Source: Octopus vulgaris (taxonomy: Eukaryota). Taken from it: 64,000 bases of DNA. Of this stretch, positions 14,490-27,734 are shown in pieces. A program made the position numbers and the translations under genes. Numbering within the stretch: position 1 is the first letter of the stretch; every line of letters starts with the position of its first letter. The notes under the pieces are model-generated. The model was given only the letters and a program-made list of their open reading frames with translations. It did not search any database and was not told the origin of the DNA. Location: positions 114,204,001 through 114,268,000 of the forward strand of contig OX597816.1 of assembly GCA_951406725.2 (NCBI GenBank), in the 5' to 3' direction.

Positions 14490-14797
14490 TATTGTATTAA
14501 AAATATTACCATCTTTAGTGACTGTGTAAAGTGCAATGCTGGTAAGTGTAGGTATATGGCACAAGTCACGGAGGACTCCTTGCAATACCCTCTACATTTT
14601 TTGCCAGTGCATGCGTGCATGTGCGAGTTGTCTAAGAGGCCATAAGTCAAGGAGAATATGCACTCATATAACTGTAAGTAGAGTGGGTATATTATCCAAA
14701 TTTTATAGAGTGTATTGCAAGAGGTCCTCCAAGACTTGTGCCATATAGCTTTGTGCTTTACTGTCACCAAAGGTTGTAATATCATTAATACTATAAA
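14490..14797. repeat. Long imperfect inverted repeat (MITE-like or inverted pLTR)
   Basis: tatatggcacaagtcacggaggactccttgcaataccctcta pairs with tagagtgtattgcaagaggtcctccaagacttgtgccatata, and pairing extends outward to gtattaa/ttaatac. Confidence 0.85.
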
Positions 14798-14876
14798 CTT
14801 CAGATAATATATCCACCCTACAACAGTAATATGAGACCATCTTCTCCCTGACTTAGGATTTCTTAGATGACTCATG

Positions 14877-14920
<44 letters not shown>

Positions 14921-14936
14921 CATATATGTATGTATG

Positions 14937-14977
<41 letters not shown>

Positions 14978-14987
14978 TCATATACAT

Positions 14988-15237
14988 AGGTGTAGACGTG
15001 GCTGGGTTCAGAATCTTATTGACTATCAAAAGCCTTTCTTGGGAAAAAGAATAAATGAAATTAAGTTTTTTTAGCGTACTGACAGGCAAAGAGATATCAT
15101 GCTGGCAGTAATGACAATGGGTCACTGCATGGCACCTTGGGCAAGTGTCTTCTACTATAGTAGCCTTGAACTGACCAAAGTCTTGTGAGTGGATTTGGTA
15201 GACAGAAACTGAAAGAAGCCCATCGTGTGTATATGTA

Positions 15238-15271
<34 letters not shown>

Positions 15272-15482
15272 CATATTTGTGTGTGTTTGTGTCTGTCCTA
15301 CCCCACCATCCCTTGACAACCAATGTTTGTGTGTTTACATCCCTGTAACTTAGTGGTTCGGCAAAAGAGATTGACAGAATAAGTATTAGGTGTACAAAGA
15401 ATAAATCCTGGAGTCGATTTGTTCGATTAAAGGTGGTGCTCCAGCATGGCTGCTGTCACAGTGACTGAAATAAGTAAAAGAA
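14988..15482 (+). mobile_element. Family A SINE interrupted by a 115-bp foreign insertion
   Basis: The SINE head is broken at gggttcag|...|cactgcatggcacc. The rest is colinear with other copies. Confidence 0.85.
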
Positions 15483-16481
15483 TACATCTGTGCAGCGGCA
15501 ACAGCTACGAGTTTCTTAATTTTCAGTTTCAGACCATTACATTGGTAATTTTCTAAAAAATTGCATAAATAAATGACTTGGCAACAGCTGTGTGCTCACA
15601 CTTCATCAATCTGGTTGCTTTTAAAGCACTGCTGGATCACATTCAGTTTCCTCTCTTTTATATGCTTTTGCATAATTAGCGTTTTCATAGACTCAGGTAG
15701 ACAAAAGTAATACATAGCTATATATATATATATATATATATATAGTGGCAGTAAAAATAAAGATACAAATTTCAAAACAAATAGACCAACTTCATCAATG
15801 AAAGGAAAAAAATCCCACCAAATCTATATATATAAAGCTGAAGTTGTCTTTGTGTGTGTGGCAGGTTTGGTAGCCTTCAACTAACAATATCTCCTCTGAG
15901 ACCCTGCGGCGCAAGTTGACCAAAATTGAGAGCATGATAGAGGTAGGCTTGCTCTTCATTCCGTAAAAGAAAAAATTCAAATCGGACCATGTTAACACCA
16001 AAAATTATTTACATCAAAAAGGTGCTTTTTTTCTATGAAAATCCCTATTTTTTACAATTTTTTGACTGCTGTGTCACCATTTTTTGGTATATTTCAGCTA
16101 GAAAAATGTTCACTTAAAGAGAATAACAAGCTACATAATGCAAAATTTTTACTTTGCAAAAGTTCCAATTCTAAAGGGTCAAAAAGAAAACAAACCCAAG
16201 CAACGCTGGGCTATACTGCTAGTATATGTATAAATATAGGGCAAACCTGACATTTTGTCTTGTTATTCTATTGTAAGCTTGATTCTTTCTTTTCTTTTTC
16301 TTTTTTCTTAGGACATGGACTAGAAGTATCTTTTATCTTTATTGTCTGTAATTGTTTTCCTTCAAATGACCCATTGTCATTACTGCCAGCATGATATCTG
16401 TTTGCCTGTCAGTACACTCAAAAAACTTAATTTCATTTATTCTTGTTCCCAAGAAAGCCTTTTGATAGTCAATAAGATTCT
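15010..16481. repeat. Inverted duplication: 15010-15124 versus 16367-16481
   Basis: 115 bp with 5 mismatches by manual comparison. The same peptide appears in opposite-strand ORFs 14853..15323 and 16342..16530. Confidence 0.95.
15823..16222 (+). mobile_element. Non-autonomous Helitron
   Basis: 5' TC(tatatatataaag), 3' hairpin cccaagcaacgctggg followed by CTAG, inserted between A and T, no TSD. Confidence 0.8.
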
Positions 16482-17189
16482 TATCTTTCATGAAGAGGCT
16501 TATTCGACTTTACCCATATATACATACTGATGTCCATTCACTTGGTTTATACATAGAACTACTGATGTCTAGATATATATACAAACATACACATATACAC
16601 ACTTAGAGGGACATGTATGTATACACACATTTATATATCTATACATATTCATACACGCACACACACTGTTTTTCTATATATTTATTTCTACTTCTATCTT
16701 CAAACTCTACATAGACCCTACTTATGAACATACACATCTGCAAAACTTACAAACATACTTATATACATACTCACATATACTTACATATATACCAACTATT
16801 GGCAATTCTTTTCATTTTTTTATCATTAGGTAAAATCAATGTTTTTACTCCCACACATTCCTTATAATTTTCTAAATTTCTGTTTCTTACTAATGTGTAC
16901 TTATTTAAAAACATCAGTAATTATATGAGAATATTTTAACTGCACTTTCTAGCAAATAACGTATAACCATCATTTGATTATTATTGGCACTTTCAAATTA
17001 TTATAATCATAACTGTATGCATGTAAACAACAATACTAACTAGTTATTAAGTCATTAACTTATTTTAAAGTACATTTTAAAGACACTAAAAATATCAATA
17101 TCACTTAGAACATTATATATTTTTTTCTAAACTTCAAATTTTTTAAAATATATAAATATTCATATAAAATATATATATAATGATATATG

Positions 17190-18090
17190 AATCATCATCA
17201 TCATTATCATCATCATCGTCGTCGTTTAACGTCTGCTTGCCATGCTGGCATGGGTTGGACTGTTTGACTGAAGATAGGCGAGCCAGAAGGCTGCACTAGG
17301 CTCCAATCTGATCTGGCAGAGTCTCTACAGCTGGATGCCCTTCCTAACGCCAACCACTCCCAGAGTGTAGTGAGTGCTTTTACGTGGCACCGGCATGAGG
17401 GCCAGTCAGGTGGTACTGGCAACGACCATGCTCAAAAGGTGTTTTTTATATGCCACCGGCATGGGAGCAAGTCCTGCGGCACTGGCAATAACCCCACTTC
17501 AATGCTGCTTTTCACGTGCCACTGGCACATGTGCCAGTAAGGCGACGCTGGCAACGATCATGCTTGAATGGTGCTTTTTATGTGTCACAGGCACGGGAGC
17601 CAGTCAGTGGCCCTGGAAATGGTCACACTCAGATGGTGCTTTCAACATTCCACTGACATGAGTGCCAATCAGGCAGTACTGTCATTGGCCACATTAGCAA
17701 TTTTGATTTTGATATCACTTGCCTCAACAGGTCTTCGCTAGCAAAGTTTATTGTTCAATGAATGAAGGGTACTCATATGTGGGCTGGTTATACACTCCTG
17801 GCATAGGCCACGGGTTATGGTTTCACTTGGCTTGTCGGGTCTTCTCAAGCACAGCATATCTCCAAAGGTCTCAGTCACTAGTCATTGCCTCAGTGAGGCC
17901 CAATGTTCGAAGGTCGTGCTTCACCACCTCATCCCAGGTCTTCCTGGGTCTACCTCTTTCACAGGTTCCCTTAACTGCTAGGGTGTGGTACTTTTTCACA
18001 CAGCCGTCATCATCCATTCGCAACACATAACCATACCAGCGCAGTCATCTCTCTTGCACATCACATCTGATACTTTTAAAGTCCAACTTG
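17190..18090 (-). mobile_element. 5'-truncated RTE-clade LINE (ORF2 C-terminus, 3' UTR, (GAT)n tail)
   Basis: Minus translation ...VQER*LRWYGYVLRMDDDGCVKK...GRPRKTWDEVVKHDL...LWR. The 3' UTR carries about 5 tandem ~65-bp units (17374-17690). Confidence 0.85.
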
Positions 18091-18149
18091 TATATATATA
18101 TATTAATATATGCATATATATAAAATACATATATATAAAATACATACAT

Positions 18150-18318
18150 ACATACGACGGGCTTCTTTCAGTTTCCGTCTACCAAATCCCCTCACAAGGC
18201 TTTGGTCAGCTCGAGGCTATAGCAGAAGACACTTGCCCAAGGTGCCACGCAGTGGGACTGAACCAGGAACCATGTGGTTCATAAGCAAGCTACTTACCAC
18301 ACACCCACTCCTACGCCT
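18150..18318 (-). mobile_element. Family A SINE, 5' half
   Basis: High identity to 2230-2395. Confidence 0.85.
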
Positions 18319-18961
18319 ATATATATATATAACCATGTATATGCACACACACACACACACACACCTCATACCACATGCTTGTTTTCCAGTTTTTGTCTAC
18401 TAGATTCACTCACAAGGAATCGACCTGGTTGATGTTATTGAAGAAGAGACATGCCAGCGATGAACTGCAGTAAGAACTTAAAACATTGAAAACATAGTGC
18501 AATGAGTCTGAGAGGAGATAGTGACGGGGGATGGGTGGGTTAGAGTTAGGGGAATGAGTACGAAAGGAAGAGTCATAGTTTGTAGAGTGATGGATGATGG
18601 AGGTATGGGTGATAAATGAGTGATAAAGAGATGTGTGATAAGAGGGATTTATGATGAGAAAGATGTACAATAGAGGAGAAATGAGAAGCTATCAAAGATG
18701 CCAATGACATAGACATGTGTTTGTGTGTGTGTGTTTGTGTATGTATATATATGTATGTATATATATATATATATATACACGTTTACGAATTTGTGTTGCA
18801 AAATTCCTGATGTGAAACCAAGTGTTGAAACAGATGGCATTCTTTTTTTTTTTTTTTTCTTGCCAAGAAAACACATGCGCTATATATTCGTTATTCCCCC
18901 CGTTTCTTACTGTTCTTATTTTAACTCACGTCTATTGTCTGGAGCATACACAAGGACGAAA

Positions 18962-19010
18962 AATGTCACTGAAGAGGTCACAGATGTGTGATGAAAGATT
19001 TCTGGACATT
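18962..19010 (+). ncRNA. Minimal type-I hammerhead ribozyme-like motif
   Basis: AATGTC-a-CTGAAGA-g-GTCACA-gatg-TGTGAT-GAAA-gat-TTC-tg-GACATT. 6-bp stem I, 6-bp stem II, both core boxes, NUC triplet. Confidence 0.6.
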
Positions 19011-19059
19011 GGACATGACTTAAAATAAGAACAGTAACAAATGAGTGAAGAACAAATAT

Positions 19060-19215
19060 ATAGTGCAAATGGTACTTATTTTATTGACCCAGAAGGAATG
19101 AAAGGCTAAGTCAACCACACTGGGGTTTGAACTCAGAACCTAAAGTAAGAAGAATTACTGCAAAGCATTTTTCTCAACACACTAATGATTCTGTCAGCTT
19201 GCTAGTTTTCATACT
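19060..19215 (-). mobile_element. Family C SINE (Meta-domain-like core), diverged
   Basis: 'ggtacttattttattgaccc...gaaaggc..agtcaacc...tttgaactcagaac' is shared with many copies. Confidence 0.65.
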
Positions 19216-19510
19216 ATTAATAATGATAACAGTAATTAAATCTAAAATTTTACTCTGAATTTTGAGCGTTAACTCTTTTGGTTTTAGCTAAGGATGTTAT
19301 TTTTAGGAATAAAATCTTTTCCATATTGAAACATAGGAAAATGAAATTTGGAGTAATGACAATCTAAGACATCAGCTTACTAATACACACACACAAAGAC
19401 ACAATTGCTTATAATGCCTGTACAATATATAGATATTCATTGTGTGCAATGATGAGCATAATTTCATAAAATTGTTTAAGAAATCTTTTTCTAAATAAAG
19501 GCTATTTTTT

Positions 19511-19727
19511 TTACTTGCTTCAGTCATTTGACTGTGCCATGCTGGAGCGCCACCTTAAAGGATTTTAGTTGAAGGAATCGATCCCAGGACTTATTCTCTG
19601 TAGGCCCAATACTTATTCTATCAGTCTCTTTTGCCAAACCGCTGAGTTATGGAGACATTAACACACCAGCATCGGTTGTCAAGTGATGGTGGGGGGACAA
19701 ACACACACACACACATATATGTAGGTA

Positions 19728-19760
<33 letters not shown>

Positions 19761-19933
19761 ACACACACACACACAACTGGCTTCTTTCAGTTTCCATCTA
19801 TCAAATCCACTCACAAGGCTTTGGTCAGCCTGAGGCTATAGTAGAAATTACTTGCCCAAGGTGCCATGCAGTGGGACTGAACTTGGAACTATGTGGTTGA
19901 GAAGCAGGCTTCTTACCACAACAGCCGTGCCTG
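19511..19933 (-). mobile_element. Family A SINE, near full length
   Basis: Colinear with 1979-2395. Confidence 0.85.
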
Positions 19934-21055
19934 AAAGTTGAAGTTTTCATGACTATCATCTCGTGAGCAGTCTGGTTCTTTAATTCACTGCAAGTCATGG
20001 TTTGAATTATAAATCTAAAGAACCACAGACTACAATTCTCTCTAAGTTATTCCCAGGGAGTTATATCACTGTCAAGCTTTTAAGATGTTTACTTCTCAGG
20101 TCCTTGCAATGCCTTTTTCTTCTTGCAATAAAAGTTTCTGCTATGTGGTCTGTTATATAATGTAAGTTATTTTCACATGCACCTATTGAAACATGCGAAT
20201 AACATGACTCACTCATCTGGTATCAATTCCAAATAAGAGAAATGTACTTTGGCTATGAGCTCTGTCACAGTCTACATTATACAGAACCTGTCTTACCAGC
20301 TGATTTTAATCATTCTGCAGAGAAAGTCATGTTGAAATACTTCAGTTGCCCAGCATATCGTCTGTGTATTATTCCTGTTTTGCAGGCATATAGAAGTGGA
20401 GGTAGAACAATAGCAAAAATATATTTTCAGTAATAAAATAAGGTTAATCATTAGGTTTATTATGATAATCTGTAGAAGCATGAATTAGATAGGAAATACA
20501 AAACAAAACCTCTGTTTCATGCTATCTACAAGATGAAGCAGAGATTAATGTTTTGGGTAAAGCTTTTCATTCCCTAATGAATGTCACCACCTGGAATATT
20601 ACTCATTTTCATCTCAGTACACCCAAAACACAGATTGTATTATTTTAGGCTGTCTAGTTCACTTGCAAGTTCACTTTTAATATGAACCTGCCTGAGGTTG
20701 CCCATACTGAAATATTTATATTTAAATTAGAAATCTTGACTAGAATCTCAATGTATTATGAAAAACACAGTAATATATCAGTTACTGAGTACTACTATAA
20801 TATACTAATAAAATATTAGGGTGAAGAATAATTAAAAACACTTAAAACATGTATAATGTACATAAGTCTATGATTGAATTTCAGATAATTTTTTTTATTT
20901 ACTGAAGAGAAGAATAAGATGCTGTTACATCATTTTAATCTTTATCGCTGAAACTTTTGAATAAATAATTATAGAGTTTCTGTTATACATTTTCACATTA
21001 TCCTGAACTCTCTTTCTCTCTCTCTCACTCTCTCTCCATTTATGTACACACACAC

Positions 21056-21090
<35 letters not shown>

Positions 21091-21094
<4 letters not shown>

Positions 21095-21228
21095 AAAACA
21101 TAAATGACGGAGAAATATAGTCCGATGAAATTTATTTAAGACAACGAACATTCTAATATCATAACAAATTGTTTCATATTGATAAATAAAATTTCATCAA
21201 ACTGTTTCTCTCTCATTTCTGACTTTAT
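21091..21228. repeat. Imperfect palindrome
   Basis: aaatgacggagaaatatagtccgatgaaatttattta pairs with taaataaaatttcatcaaactgtttctctctcattt. Confidence 0.7.
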
Positions 21229-21364
21229 ACACTCCTTATTGTTTTCTCTTGTATTATACTATATATTCTATATGTTATGTAGAATGATATAGTAAGGAGC
21301 TTTTGTTATGAGTACTACTGGGTTACTTGAAGCCATATATTGTGACTTAAATTTATTCTTTTAT

Positions 21365-21600
21365 TCATTTCAGTCATTTGACTGTGGCCATGATGGAGCA
21401 CTGCCTTTAGTTGAACAAATTGACCCCAGGACTCTAGGTATCTTTTGCTGAACCACTAAGTTATGGGGATGTAAACACTCCACTAAGCGATGGTGAGGGG
21501 ACAAACACAGACACACAAACAAGGTGCCATGCAGTGGGACTGAACCCAGAACCAGGTGGCTGGTAAGCAAGTTACTTACCATACAGCTACACCTGCACCT
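21365..21600 (-). mobile_element. Internally deleted family A SINE
   Basis: Head and tail blocks match other copies. Confidence 0.75.
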
Positions 21601-21624
21601 ATATATCTTCATACACACACATAC

Positions 21625-22395
21625 ACATCATCATCGTTTGAGGTCCCTTTTTTTTCACACTGGAATGGATTGAAGAATTTGACAGGAACTGATGAGCCAG
21701 AGGGATGTGTTGAGCTCTAATGTCTGCTTTTGCATGGTTCCTACAGCTGGTTGTCTTTCTTAATGCCAACCATTTCAAAAAGTGTACTGGGTGCTTCTTT
21801 TCATGGCACCAACACTGGTGAAGTCACCGAGTACTTGTACAAGACCCTCTCAACTGAGTGGGGTGTAGTACTGAAGGATATGAAAGTATGATAGAGGGAC
21901 AAAAAGCAGGTGTCTTGCTGAAGAGGTTATTATATGGTTTCCTCAGAGATGGAGAGAGGGAGGGGCAGAGAGGGGGAGAGGGGGCAGAGGGAGAGAAGAA
22001 CAGAAAAGGTGGGTAGGTAAGTGCACTGGGGTGAAAAGAGTGATGGATGATTAGAGATGGGGAGTGAGGTGGAACTGTAACAGTTTGAGGGAGGGAAAGT
22101 GAAGGAAAGGAAACAGAAGTTGGTAAAGGAGGAGGAGGAGGTGATAAGAAACAGTAGGAATACAATGTGAAATGTAGGGTTAGCGGGTATCATTTGCATC
22201 ATTTGAATTAAAAGGAAGATTGATGGAAGGATGGGTAGAAGATGAATAGTAGGGGAGGGCTTGACAGGACCTCATCTTTTGCATCTTGATCCCTCAACGT
22301 CTCCTCCAAGAGGTGCAACATTTTGAAGTCAATCTTCACTACTTCATCCTATGTCTTCCTGAGTCTCCCTCTTCCACGGGTTCCTTCATGCTTAG
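21625..22395 (-). mobile_element. Old RTE-LINE 3' end (tail, purine-rich UTR, ORF end)
   Basis: (cat)n tail at 21625. 'acttcatcctatgtcttcctgagtctccc' near 22350 is an inverted GRPRKTWDEV-like remnant. Confidence 0.55.
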
Positions 22396-22951
22396 TAATT
22401 AGTGTGGCTTGAACGAATAGTTTAGAATGTACTTCTCATTTAACAAGGGATAAATATCTCTGACTTGATATTTCAATACATTTTGAATACAAGGCAACCC
22501 TTTGTGTATCTGTAGCGTTTGTGTATTTGTACATATGTTGTGCATGAGTGTGTGTGCGGTATATATGTATGGTGTGCATGTGTATGTATCTATATGTATC
22601 ATGTGTATATTTATCTATATGAAGATGAATTAAAAGAAATAAGAGTGACTAGTTGCATGTATTTGAACAACTGAGATGAATAAAGGCACTAAATACCATA
22701 CAACATGAATTTTGGATTTAGTGAAATTTTCTCCACTTCCAGAGAAAGTAAAATAAACTCCTGGAAGCACAAGGTGTTAATTTTATCCACACCAAATGAG
22801 GCGGAATGAAAATTTCAAGAATCAAGAATTCTCCAAAATTGACAGGACAACAAGGGTAAAGCACTGATTGTCTGCAGCTATGAACATGTTTCTGCCACAA
22901 CAGGCTTCATCTGTACAACAGTTGTTCTAACTAGTTTCCGGCATTTATATA

Positions 22952-23102
22952 TCATCATCATCATCATCTTTTAACATCCGTTGTCCATGCTGGCATGGGT
23001 TGGACAGTTTGACCACGGCTGGTAAGCTGAGGGGCTGCACCAGATTCCAATCTGATTTGGCATGGCTTCCATGGTTGATGACCGGGTGCCCTTCCTAATG
23101 CC
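22952..23102 (-). mobile_element. RTE tail fragment
   Basis: Matches 17190-17350. Similar fragments occur at 29320-29560, 42866-43135, 58908-59120 and 60595-60760. Confidence 0.75.
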
Positions 23103-23317
23103 TACACACATATAAGAGATAATGGTGTCATTGAGACCCAGAGGTGTCAGGTAATGCTGAATAAGTGCTATAGACAGACCATAGTTAAGTTCCAGATTCG
23201 GTAATTTAGCGAATAAGGGATTCAACGTTGGTTCTATGTCAGCGTGTGTATATAAGACTTTTTTTGTGTAATGAGATAAAAAGCCAAGGCCATGTAGATA
23301 TTAGAACATTTATAGAT

Positions 23318-23395
<78 letters not shown>

Positions 23396-24880
23396 ATACA
23401 TATACAATGAGTGGCACACCTACACCTACTTCTAAACATTTAAAAACACATATATAAATGGTTATAAGTAATTAGATATGTCATTCGACACATTTTATAC
23501 ACCATATATGTTTGTATATATATTTACAAATATATTGAGCTCGTTTCTTCATTTCAATATTCTATATTTACTAAGGTCTTTGAGAACACTGATGATAACT
23601 TTTAATGATTCTGATAAGGAAATGAAGCTGTAACTCTCAGATATTATAATTAAATGCAGAAGAAATTCCCATGCACTTTCAAACATAGCATAATTTTTTC
23701 TTTTTGAAATGAAAACATCACTCAGAAAGAAGTGGAAAAAGCTAGCAAATTACAAAAAAGTCTTGACATGGAAATGATGTGAGAAAAATGGTATGAATAA
23801 TAATTCGTGAATTGTGTATAACAAAAAAATACAAAGGCAGTACACGAAACATTGGCAGACAGCTAAAACATTAGATCAGATCTCACATGTTTGCACACAT
23901 TAACAAAACATATTTACAACAAACAAGAACAACCCTTAAACAATAAGAGACAAAACAAAATCTGAAACACATCTCAACAAACGATGATGCATGTGTACAC
24001 CTCAGGAAGAAAGAGAAGAATATGATAAACAGTGAAAGATGAGGGAAAGGGTAAGTACGGTATAAACTGAACACATTTAAAATTTGATGAACAGAATAAA
24101 TATTAAATTATGTAATAATAAACAATATATAATTGAAACAATGACATCACAAATTCAGTAATCCACCAGCTAGGTCAAATCTGATTCTCCCCTATAACTG
24201 TACCTACTTGTTGTTATACTGAAATTGCATATACCCAAAGGCAACCATAAACATGTTTTATGTTGGTTAGACTAAAAATGCATCCAATTTCTCCTAGGTG
24301 AGTTTTATTTTTCTATCATAATGACATGCTACTTATTCTCAGCTTCTATTCACTCTCCATCAGCTGAAGTGGAAAGTGTGGTACTCCTGAGTGGGGTTCT
24401 TCACCATCATCTGTTTCAGGGAATGAAGATGAGCACTTTCTAAAACTTTGGCAAGTAGTGCTGTTGGGACAGCTACCTCCAGGACCCACTGTTGCTGGGT
24501 TGCTTTGGTTGACACTTTTTCTCTTAATTTCCAGCTCCTTAGGGTAAAAAGTCCTACAAGGGCTTCTGCACCCACAAATCTAACAATTGGGCTTTCTACT
24601 CAGCACTTCTAGTCTCGTTGCACATAGCCTGAGGGCTGGAGAGATCTCAAAAACTTGCAAATCCAAGTTGATTCCCACCTTTTATCACTTTTCATTTCTT
24701 GTCATCTGTACATTTATCACCTACCAATGTTGTGCTATAAAGGTAATCATAGCCCATGGCTTAATGTTATGGCCAATTCCCACTGACTGGTGTTGAACTG
24801 AACTTTGTACTGTGATACAAGCCAATGGGTATCACACGAGCGCTGTTTAACACTTTGCCTTTCCTTTGAATTTAAAATAG

Positions 24881-24994
24881 AGAGAAGAAACTACTGAATG
24901 TCCTGCTTCACTTGAACACAAGATAATGTCACACACTTCAGTCAGGGTCTCCTCCAATGCATCCTTAGCAAGCATACAAAATTCTGCCACAGAG
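24881..24994 (+). CDS. Candidate 114-nt plus-strand exon (REETTECPASLEHKIMSHTSVRVSSNASLASIQNSATE)
   Basis: ctttcctttgaatttaaaatag|AGAGAA...ACAGAG|gtaagt. Strong donor, moderate acceptor, open phase-0 frame, no recognisable homology. Confidence 0.25.
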
Positions 24995-25546
24995 GTAAGT
25001 CAAATTCTCTATGCTTCTTTTGAAACCAATTTTTTGAGTAAGAAGACAGAGATCTTCTTGAAATACCTCTGTCACACTTGTCTATGTTTAGGCTTCCTTT
25101 ATTGGATGTAACATTTGCAAAGCTGTGTGTGTAAAGCAATATATTGTTGTTGCTGTTATTGTTAAATGAGTTGTCAAAATTGCTCTCATTTGTATTAAAC
25201 TAGAGATATATATTTGTCTCAAAATGTTACTGCTTTCTTTTAGGATATTTTTGTCCATTTCCTTTTTTCTTGTTTTTTTTTGTGCTTTTTGTACCGGTGT
25301 TAAGGCTTTTGTTTGTTTAAGGGCATTTACTGCTGACATTTTGTGTTGAATGTCAGCTAATAAAAGAGTTGTTTTTTTCCCTTTTGTCCAATTTGGGTGA
25401 AAACTTTTTTAAAAACTTGCTTATTTTTTTTCTGAATCAATTCAAAGGTAATGACACAGAAAAATTCCAGTTTAGAAAGAAAAACAAAAATAAAATAATC
25501 CCAAAATGAAAGCAGTGTGAAGCACATCTTGACACAGTAAAATCAA

Positions 25547-26015
25547 ATAATAATAATAATAATAATAATGATAATCATTTCTGCAAAAGGCACAAGGCTC
25601 GAAATTTTGTCGGAGGGCACTGGTAGGGTTAAACTGACCCCAATGCTTAACTGGTACTTGATTTATTGAGGCCAATAGAATGAAATACAAAGTTGACCTC
25701 AGTGATATTTGAACCCAGAATGTAAAGAAGAATGAAATGATGCAATGCAATTTGTCTTGCATGCTAACAATTTCCCATTTTGTGGCCTTAATAACAATAA
25801 CAATAATGGTTTCAAATTTTGGCACAAAAGTTGGGAAGAGGGGTTAAGTCGATTACATCGCCCCTAGTGCATAACTGATACTTATTTTATCAACCCCAAA
25901 AGGATGAAAGACAAAGGTTGGCCTCAGCAGAATTTGAACTCAGAATGTTAAGATAGATGAAATACCACTATGCATTTAGCACAGCATCCTAATGATTCTG
26001 CCAGCTCATCACCTT
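25547..26015 (-). mobile_element. Tandem pair of family C SINEs with (AAT)n tails
   Basis: Two successive copies of the 'ggtacttgatttatt...aaagttgacctc...tttgaac' core. Confidence 0.8.
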
Positions 26016-26834
26016 TGTAGTTGTAGCAGCAGCAGCAGCAGTAGTAGTAGTATCAATAATCATAGCAACAATAACAGTATCTGACATTATATCCATTTCA
26101 AAGATCCAAAGATTACCTTTCTGAAAACAAAAACTATTCTTCCATATTGTTACATCTCTGGATGACATGATTTTTCGTCCACTATAAACTATATTTACAT
26201 ATCCATTTCACATTGGTGATACACATTACAAAAAAAAAGCTGGTCAACATATGTCAAAGGATTTAGGCCTCTGATTAAAGACAGGGTTTAAAGTAAAGGA
26301 TTTAACCAAAGAAAAACCTGTGTTTGGAAAAAACACCACAATGATGTCTTTAAAATAGAGTATTTATTTCACTAATCTGAATAACATGAAGCTACTTTTT
26401 CTATGCCTCATTTTCCCCACACCATCCTCTTAATGTACACCAGCATCAAGGGATTGAGTAATAAAAAAAAAAAAAATATGTTTTGATGCTAGTTATATTG
26501 ATGATGATGATAACACTTTGATGATATAAGGATACAAACAGATGCTGAAGATGATTTTGATGCAGTAAAAAAATTGCATGTTTGCAATGCATTAAGGTGG
26601 TTACCATAGAGACTACAGCCTGAACATTCAATGAGGCATCGTTTACTCAAGGACAATAAAATACAAGTGTATGCTACTGACACACCTCCCATCCAACCCA
26701 TGCATAAAATAGTTTGGAATCAGAAAGAGGGGAATAGGCTGTCTAGTCCCTGGGTATTCCACAAAACTGATTGCACACAACTATGAACTAAACTCCCTAA
26801 CCCATACCATTCAAACATAAGAAAAAGCATGAAG

Positions 26835-26841
26835 ACATACA

Positions 26842-26924
<83 letters not shown>

Positions 26925-26935
26925 GTATATATATC

Positions 26936-26967
<32 letters not shown>

Positions 26968-27185
26968 TATGTACATACATATATATACATACATAAATAT
27001 ATACATACATATACATACATACACAAATATACATACATATTTACATATACATACATACATATGTAGTGACGCTACACATACATATGTACATATATATTTA
27101 TATTTATACACGCATATATTTATACATACACATGTGTGAAAGTGAACAAATACGCACCTACACATATGCACACACACACATGTAT
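26835..27185. repeat. (TACA)n/(TA)n/(CA)n compound microsatellite
   Basis: Directly visible. Confidence 0.9.
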
Positions 27186-27734
27186 ATCTAATTGGATCTG
27201 CATGCATTTATATGTGGTGTGTGTATGTGAAACAAATATTTTCCTATTATCACAACAATGATAATTATTTCATAATAGATGAATGATATTTCCTTATCAT
27301 CACTATTATGATTATCATAATCACCAAAATCTGTATCACTAACAATGATAACTGCAATAACTACAACAACATCATCAGCAGCATTGCCATTATCATTATT
27401 AAGATTTCCTCCTATCAAAACAATAATATAATTTCCTCTACGAAAACTAATTTTTATAAAAAAAAAAAGAAATTCCAGTAAAATGTAAAAAAAAAAAACA
27501 AAAATAAAAATATAAACAGAACACCTAACAAAATACAAATGAAAAACAAAAATACATATAAAGCTACCAACAAAAAAATATGTAAAGGAAAGAAATTTGG
27601 TAAAAATTTATAATTTTATTTCTAAAACAAAAACTTCAATGAAGGGCAGCCATATAGGAAAACCAATAACCTCTGCAGAACCTTATTTTGTTCTGAAAGA
27701 AAAGATCCCATTCTTCAAAAGCCAAATAATGCGA

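Noticed and set aside
17374-17690. Regularly spaced repeats resembling a CRISPR array
   Set aside because: Eukaryotic context. The units are tandem repeats without unique spacers inside a LINE 3' UTR, and there are no cas genes.
26117-26120. Minus-strand tttcag|AAAG|gtaatc 4-nt microexon
   Set aside because: Frame-shifting and easily produced by chance.
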